Part shown: in pieces, positions 4,329-4,655 of the stretch
How the letters are laid out: each line of letters begins with the position of its first letter
Numbering within the stretch: position 1 is the first letter of the stretch
Virus record (IMG/VR): IMGVR_UViG_2671180458_000007
Strand: one strand, 5' to 3'
DNA: 4,655 bases
From: a virus
Lineage: Duplodnaviria; Heunggongvirae; Uroviricota; Caudoviricetes
Notes under the pieces: model-generated
What the model was told of the DNA's origin: nothing
What the model saw: only the letters and a program-made list of their open reading frames with translations
The model's database searches: none
Translations under genes and position numbers: made by a program

Positions 4329-4655
4329 TTAATTTTTGCTATCGTCATTAGTGACCGATACACATGACGGCATCCAGTCTTCTGATTCCTCCGTCAGTTT
4401 CACGTTTGAACGCAAACCGTGCTTCGTTTTCCGTTTCATATACTCCCTGCCATATTCCGCCATTGCCCCCGGCATATCTTTACCGAAGCGCGTCAGTGTT
4501 ACAGGTTTACCAAACCCATGTGCCTTCATATAAGCCAGATAGGCATGATAGAGATACCTGCGCGGGCTGAATGGCACAATTTCAGCATTACCCACTAACA
4601 GGCCATCACACATTACCGACGACATGAGATAGCCGCAGAAGTCCACCAGCGAATC
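4329..4655 (-). CDS. C-terminal part of a replication protein, probably a P4 alpha-like primase/helicase (partial; 5' end beyond the right edge)
   Basis: The minus-strand frame is open from the window edge (…DSLVDFCGYLMSSVMCDGLLVG...) to TAA at 4329-4331. The first start codon in the window is a GTG, so the real start is presumably upstream of the window. The identity is inferred from context: in P4 the alpha gene is immediately followed by the crr iteron region that its C-terminal domain binds. No primase motif is visible in this fragment. Confidence 0.6.
   Translation of the reverse strand, partial: DSLVDFCGYLMSSVMCDGLLVGNAEIVPFSPRRYLYHAYLAYMKAHGFGKPVTLTRFGKDMPGAMAEYGREYMKRKTKHGLRSNVKLTEESEDWMPSCVSVTNDDSKN

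Larger units (their letters stand above)
1..4655 (-). mobile_element. Segment of a phage-related mobile element (P4-like satellite or prophage) with replication, ssb, regulator and capsid modules
   Basis: Co-orientation of all genes, P4-type iterons beside a replication-protein gene, a ClpP-type prohead protease/capsid gene, and modular terminator/promoter cassettes. Element boundaries, integrase and att sites are not in the window. Confidence 0.5.

Noticed and set aside
4336-4570. Plus-strand ORFs 4336..4533 and 4364..4570
   Set aside because: They are antisense within the replication-protein gene and have no supporting signals.
1-4655. tRNA gene, attachment site, integrase or CRISPR array
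   Set aside because: No tRNA-like T-arm or acceptor signature, no integrase ORF and no spacer-repeat array were found. The only regular repeats are the iterons (variable spacing, both orientations) and the two intergenic cassettes.

Overview
This window reads as a segment of a phage-related mobile element, probably a P4-like satellite or prophage in an enterobacterial genome (inference). All seven supported genes are on the minus strand. From right to left: (1) the 3' end of a large gene running off the right edge, which by position is the C-terminus of a P4 alpha-type primase/replication protein; (2) directly downstream, a ~230 bp array of about 11 copies of the octamer TGTTCACC/GGTGAACA with AT-rich flanks, matching the type I iterons of the phage P4 ori/crr; (3) a translationally coupled pair, an 81-aa hypothetical protein and a compact SSB ending in the acidic tail DDIPF; (4) a ~90-aa small basic protein, possibly a PerC-like regulator, followed by an intrinsic terminator; (5) a ~420 bp regulatory intergenic region with a plus-strand terminator-like hairpin, a perfect 10-bp palindrome and an inverted repeat; (6) a small ORF coupled by an ATGA overlap to a 629-aa protein whose N-terminus carries clear ClpP (S14) protease motifs and whose C-terminal half is most likely a major capsid domain; (7) a second intrinsic terminator and the start of another gene running off the left edge. 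The two terminators sit inside two diverged copies of the same ~100 bp intergenic cassette. The most interesting reading is an element that pairs P4-type replication with its own capsid gene, i.e. a capsid-encoding satellite. No tRNA, rRNA, CRISPR array or integrase was seen. All functional calls are from reading the sequence and ORF translations by eye; no database search was run.
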